Below, in pieces: positions 9,664 through 13,826 of a DNA stretch of 13,826 nucleotides; position 1 is the stretch's first letter; each line of letters starts with the position of its first letter. The position numbers and the translations under genes were made by a program. A model generated the notes under the pieces. That model was not told the DNA's origin. It saw only the letters and a program-made list of their open reading frames with translations, and did not search any database. The stretch covers positions 1 to 13,826 of the forward strand of contig JANLOX010000067.1 of NCBI GenBank assembly GCA_031366795.1. The letters are read 5' to 3'. Source of the stretch: Candidatus Eiseniibacteriota bacterium (lineage in GTDB: Bacteria > Eisenbacteria > RBG-16-71-46).

Positions 9664-10977
9664 CTACGCGGCCCCGTGTGCCGCGATGACCACCAGCGTC
9701 ATGTCGTCACTCTGCATGGCGCGGCCGCGGAAGGTCTCGACCGCGCCGAAGATCCGCTCAATCGTCGCCGCGGCGGGCTCCGCGCCATGGGCCTGCCACA
9801 GCTCCCGCAGCGCGTCGTCGCCGAATTCCTCGCCGCGCGCATTGAGCGCTTCGGTGATGCCGTCGCTGTAAAGCAGTAGCGTGTCGCCCGGCGAGAACGA
9901 GGTGTCGCCCTGCTCGTACGGGGTGCCTTCGATCAGACCCAGTGGAATCCCACCCGCGATGAGTTCGACGATGGTGCCGCCGGCACGCCGCAGCAGTGGG
10001 TAGTTGTGCCCGGCGTTGGTGTAGCGGATCACGCCGCGCGAGGCATCGATCTCGGCGAAGAACAAAGTGATGAACTTGCCGTTGGCCGAGCGCAGCACCC
10101 CTTCGTTGACAGCGCGGATGGCCTCGGGGATGGGTGCCCTGCCATCGCAATAGGCGCGGATCGAGGCCTGGACGTTCGAGGTCAGCAGGGCCGCGGGAAT
10201 GCCCTTGCCCGAGACGTCCGCGATGACGACGCCGGCGCGGCCCTCCCCGAGCGAGAAGAAGTCGAACGCATCGCCGCCGACCTGCTTTGCCGGGGCGACG
10301 CGGCCGACGATCTCCCAGTGCCCGACATGCAGCGGCCGTGAGGGCAGCAGGCTCATCTGGATCCCGCGCGCCGTGTCGAGTTCACGCTCGAGCAGCCGCT
10401 GGCGTTCCTCGAGCCGGCGCTTCTCCTCGGCCTCGATCTTGAGCCGCGCCTGTTCGATCACGCTCGCCGAGTTGCTTGCGACAATCGACAGCAACTGCGA
10501 CTCATCGTGTGTCCACTCGCGGCCGGGCGTCGCGGTCGTGACGGCGAGCATGCCCGTGAAGCGATTGCCTGACTTGAGCGGCACCGCGAGCACGGAGCGG
10601 ATGCGCGACTCGACCGAACGCAGCGCCGGGAAGCGGGTGTCATTGCGCAGGTCGGGCGAGGCCACCGCTTCGTCGCGCGCCATCAGGCAGCCCATTAGAT
10701 TCATCGAGATGGCCGGCGGCCATGAGCCGGACTGGATTCCCGGTTGCTCCCGGCGAATCAGTGTCCGCAGCGTCGGCGTCGCTTCTTCCTCGCTGAGCAG
10801 CCGGATGGAGCCCTCATCGGCCTCGAACATGCTGGTCGTCTTCTGCACGATCCAGTCGAGGATCGGCTGGAGCTCGGAATTCGAAGCGACCACCTGGCAC
10901 AGCTCGTACATGAAGCCGAGCTCGGCGCGCATGCGTTCGGCGCTGGCGCCGCTCGATGGGGCCTGTGGATCTGGCAT
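9664..10977 (-). CDS. GAF-domain PP2C/SpoIIE (RsbU-like) Ser/Thr phosphatase
   Basis: GAF region (SVLAVPLK..FTGML..WTHDESQLLSIVA), coiled-coil linker LERELDTARGIQMSLLP, and phosphatase motifs VGGDAFD, IADVSGKG, NAGH, LYSDGITEA, DDMT. ATG at 10977 is preceded by GGAG. Confidence 0.93.
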   Translation of the reverse strand: MPDPQAPSSGASAERMRAELGFMYELCQVVASNSELQPILDWIVQKTTSMFEADEGSIRLLSEEEATPTLRTLIRREQPGIQSGSWPPAISMNLMGCLMARDEAVASPDLRNDTRFPALRSVESRIRSVLAVPLKSGNRFTGMLAVTTATPGREWTHDESQLLSIVASNSASVIEQARLKIEAEEKRRLEERQRLLERELDTARGIQMSLLPSRPLHVGHWEIVGRVAPAKQVGGDAFDFFSLGEGRAGVVIADVSGKGIPAALLTSNVQASIRAYCDGRAPIPEAIRAVNEGVLRSANGKFITLFFAEIDASRGVIRYTNAGHNYPLLRRAGGTIVELIAGGIPLGLIEGTPYEQGDTSFSPGDTLLLYSDGITEALNARGEEFGDDALRELWQAHGAEPAAATIERIFGAVETFRGRAMQSDDMTLVVIAAHGAA

Positions 10978-11036
10978 GGCGACTCCGAGGGAAGGGGGCC
11001 CAGCTACCAACCTGCGGTGATTCTAGCCCGGACCCT

Positions 11037-11732
11037 TCACGCAGCGCGAGCCGGGATTGCGCGACGCGGGTGTGCGCGGCCCGTGGGGCCGATGGCCTGC
11101 TCGAGATACTTCATCTCCGCGAAATTCGGGCGGAATTCGCCGCCGACCGGCAGGTCGATTCCCGCCTGGCGGGCGATCAGGATGCCGTTCGCGCGCAGCG
11201 CGAGCTCCAGCTGGAGCTGCAGCAGGCACAATCTGTCGGCCACGACCGCGCCGGGGAAGTGGGCACGCAGCGATTCGAGATAATGGCCGATCCGCGTGTT
11301 CGTGAGCTCACCCGAGAGAATCAACTCGAGCGTCTCCACGTCGGCATCGAGCCCGGTGCCGAGCCAATCGCGGGTGGCGCGCTCGCTGCGCTCGAACACG
11401 CCCACCAGCAGCAGGGGCATGCCGATGAGCAGGGTGGCCACGCTGGCGAGGGGTTTAAGCGCCAGGTGATTGAGCACGGAATGCACCGCGATCGCGCGCG
11501 CCAGTCCCGGGACCACCCAGCGCAGCGCGGGCGAGCGATGGCGGTCGCACAGGTCCTTCGCGAGAATGCCCGCCATCGCCGTGGTGCAGCCGTGCATCAC
11601 CGCGGTGCCGAGGCCGCGCACGAGCCACAGGAGGATGTTGGGATCCGCAAGCACGTTCGCGTCGTAGAGGTTTTCCACCAACGCGAAGCCGGCACCCACG
11701 GCGAACCCCTGAATGCCGGTGGCTTCAGTCAC
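11037..11732 (-). pseudogene. prsW: 5'-truncated PrsW-family intramembrane protease
   Basis: Retains GFAVGAGFALVEN (FxxxE motif), RGLGTAVMH and AIAVHSVLN. The N-terminal helices and the EExxK motif are absent, and homology starts right at the anti-sigma stop. Charged residue in a predicted TM segment (PGLARAIAVH). Confidence 0.75.
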
Positions 11733-12476
11733 CCGGTTGCTTCGCGGTGTGCAATGTCGCCTTCTTGGCACCAGCGGCCCGAAGGTGAATGGGCGAATCG
11801 GCCTCGCCCCTCGCAACGAACTCGAGCACGAACGGACCCGGGCTCGTGACACGGATCATCATGTGTCCTGCACTCACGGTGGCCGGCCCCGTGACTTCAT
11901 GCGGCCAGCGCATCGCGGTGATGCCCAGCGCCTCGGGCGCGTAGTCGATGGCGAGCTCTGCGGCATGATTGCCCTGGACGTCCAGTTCGAGCTGGATGTG
12001 GTTGCCCGATCGCCGCGCGATCGATGAAATGCTTCTACCGGCGGTGGTTATCGTTTGCCTGGACACCACGGTGCCGTGATCCGCTTGGACAGGCGCCATC
12101 GTACCGCTCACCGGGGCGCGATTCCCGAGCAGGTCTGAGGTCCGCTCGCGCAGCGTGGGCACGATGATCAGCACCGCCGCGACGGCTCCACCCGCAAACG
12201 CCCCGAACAGCGGCAGCAGGTTCCACAGCGGGCGATGCACCCGGGCGCCGTGGGGGGCTCGGCGGCGATCGCGCGCATGATGCCCCCGTGCAGGTCCCCC
12301 GGGACCCCCGGTTCGTGCGCCGCGCTGAGCAGGCGGAACACCCCGCTCACCGCTCCGTAACGCGCGCGGATCTCCGGGTCGGCTGCGACGAACTGTTCGA
12401 GCTCCATACGCTGCGCGGGCGAGGCGTCCCCCTCAAGGACATCGTGGATCAGTTGTTCGTGGCGCTCGGAGATCAT
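11725..12476 (-). pseudogene. Frameshifted transmembrane anti-sigma factor (about 250 aa if repaired)
   Basis: N-terminal half MISERHEQLIHDVLEGDASPAQRMELEQFVAADPEIRARY...VPGDLHGGIMRAI is anti-sigma-domain-like without zinc cysteines. The TM segment (LLPLFGAFAGGAVAAVLIIVP) and beta-rich C-terminus follow in another frame. The span is 752 nt, one base short of an intact frame, with the shift at about 12241-12257. ATG overlaps the sigma remnant stop. Confidence 0.75.
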
Positions 12477-12634
12477 GAGGTGGTCACCGCGCGGCGCCGC
12501 AGCGCCTGCTCGAGCAATGGCCGCGCGCAGAACAACCGCGACTTGACGGTCTTCGGGGGGATGCCCAACAGCTCGCTCATCTCCTGGTGGGAGCAATTGA
12601 GAAAATGCCGGAGCAGGATCACCTGGCGGTTGTA
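12473..12634 (-). pseudogene. 3' remnant (region 4) of an ECF sigma factor
   Basis: Manual translation gives YNRQVILLRHFLNCSHQEMSELLGIPPKTVKSRLFCARPLLEQALRRRAVTTS*, a typical ECF sigma4 HTH. An in-frame stop lies upstream at 12643-12641 and there is no region 2. Not in the ORF track. Confidence 0.85.
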
Positions 12635-13826
12635 TCTGGGTCATCGACTGTTCGCCCGAAGGCCATCAACCTGAGGCCGCCACGCGCATCTTCCAGGCGG
12701 TGCAGCAGCCGGTGTGCATCGTGATTGCGACGCGCTTCGGCAGCGGGGCCAAGGCTGAGCTGGCTCATGTGCGGTGGCGCGCGCTGCCGGCGGGGCACCG
12801 CAACGGAAAATTCGAGGCGTTGGCCGCGCTGTCGCTCGATGCGGCGGGGTGGGTGGACTGCCCGCGCGAGGGGCGCGCGCCATTCTTGCCGGCGTCCGTC
12901 GGGGCCTGGGCTGCATTCCCGCGACTGGAGGATTTCTTTGTCTACAACGGTTCGGGGGTGATGCCGGGTCGGACCTGGGTGATCGCGCCGGATGCGGAGT
13001 CCCTCAGGCAGCGCTGGACGACGTTGGTACGGGCACCGGCCGCTGAAAAGGAGCGATTGTTTCATCCGCATCTTCTTAGTGGCAAGGTGGGTGATCGCTC
13101 CGTCTCGCGGGTCGTCACCAACGCACTGGCCGGTTTCCTCCCAGGTGAAATCTCCGTCGCCGAGGAGCGCGCCGAATGCCTTGAGCCCGTTCTATACGGC
13201 TACCGTTCCTTCGATCGACAGTGGGTGATTCCCGATATTCGTCTGATTAACAGGCCAAACCCGAAGCTGTGGCAGCTGCGCTCTGCTTCACAGGTCCACT
13301 TGACTGGGTTCACCGAGGAGTCGCCTACGGCTGGTCCGGCGTTGACGATCACTGGCCTCATCCCGGACCTTCACCACTACAAGGGTTCGTTCGGTGGCCG
13401 AGCGTTTCCACTATGGGCCGACGCCGAAGCCACCCGTCCCAACCTGCGACCCGCGCTGCTGGCAAACCTGGCCGCGGCCTACGGCCAGACAGTCGCCGCC
13501 GGCGACCTGTTCGCCTACATCGCCGCCGTCGCCGCCCATCCGGCCTACATCGAGCGCTTCCGCAAAGACCTGGCCATGCCCGGCCTGCGCATCCCGCTCA
13601 GCGCCGACGCCGGCCTCTTCCGCGACGCCGCCGAACTCGGCCGCCGCATCGTCTGGCTGCACACCTTCGGCGAACGCTTCGCCGACGCCGCGGCCGGCCG
13701 CCCGGCCGGCGCCCCGCGACTGCCCGCCGGCCGTCGCCCGCAAGTCCCCGCCGGTGGCGCGATCCCTTCGACGCCCGAGGGCATGCCCGACACGCTGGCC
13801 TATGACGCCGACAAGCAGCGCCTGAT
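12634..13826 (+). pseudogene. 5'-truncated type ISP restriction-modification enzyme: end of the methyltransferase region plus C-terminal specificity domain, running off the window
   Basis: Frame +1 is open from 12601 to the end: IWVIDCSPEGHQPEAATRIFQAVQQPVCI...SGVMPGRTWVIAPD...YGYRSFDRQWVIPDIRLINRP...DLFAYIAAVAAHPAYIERFRKDLAMPGLRIP...ELGRRIVWLHTFGERF. These are recognisable type ISP C-terminal motifs. In-frame stop at 12598-12600; the first possible start (GTG 12700) lies downstream of where the resemblance begins. Confidence 0.8.

Noticed and set aside
11733..11852. N-terminal 40 aa of the track's 271-aa PrsW ORF
   Set aside because: It is an alternate frame of the anti-sigma 3' end, Arg-rich and lacking PrsW helices or the EExxK motif.
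12477..12644. N-terminal extension of track ORF 12168-12644
   Set aside because: It is an off-frame reading of the sigma4 remnant. The anti-sigma start fits ATG 12476.
12600..12680. Insertion sequence or att site at the sigma/type ISP junction
   Set aside because: No terminal inverted repeats, target duplication, transposase, integrase or tRNA is visible.
13269..13825. Track ORFs 13269-13805, 13394-13825, 13411-13743 and 13545-13793
   Set aside because: Alternate frames of the type ISP coding sequence, which is in frame +1 and unlisted because it has no stop in the window.

Overview
GC-rich bacterial window, mostly minus-strand genes. The left half holds a secreted 12-repeat Kelch beta-propeller gene (missed by the ORF track because it runs off the edge), a SemiSWEET transporter coupled to an acyl-CoA carboxylase carboxyltransferase (pccB-like), and a divergent GatB/YqeY gene. 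The centre holds an apparently intact three-gene module: an ECF sigma factor, a zinc-binding (HxxxCxxC) membrane anti-sigma factor, and a TPR-CHAT caspase-like protease with a probable lipoprotein signal. Upstream lie mtgA and a GAF-PP2C/SpoIIE phosphatase. The right end is a decayed second ECF module (sigma region-4 remnant, frameshifted anti-sigma, 5'-truncated PrsW protease), joined abruptly at about 12633 to a 5'-truncated type ISP restriction-modification gene on the plus strand. The best candidate for an undescribed system is the sigma/anti-sigma/CHAT-lipoprotein module. All calls come from manual translation and motif recognition; no searches were run.
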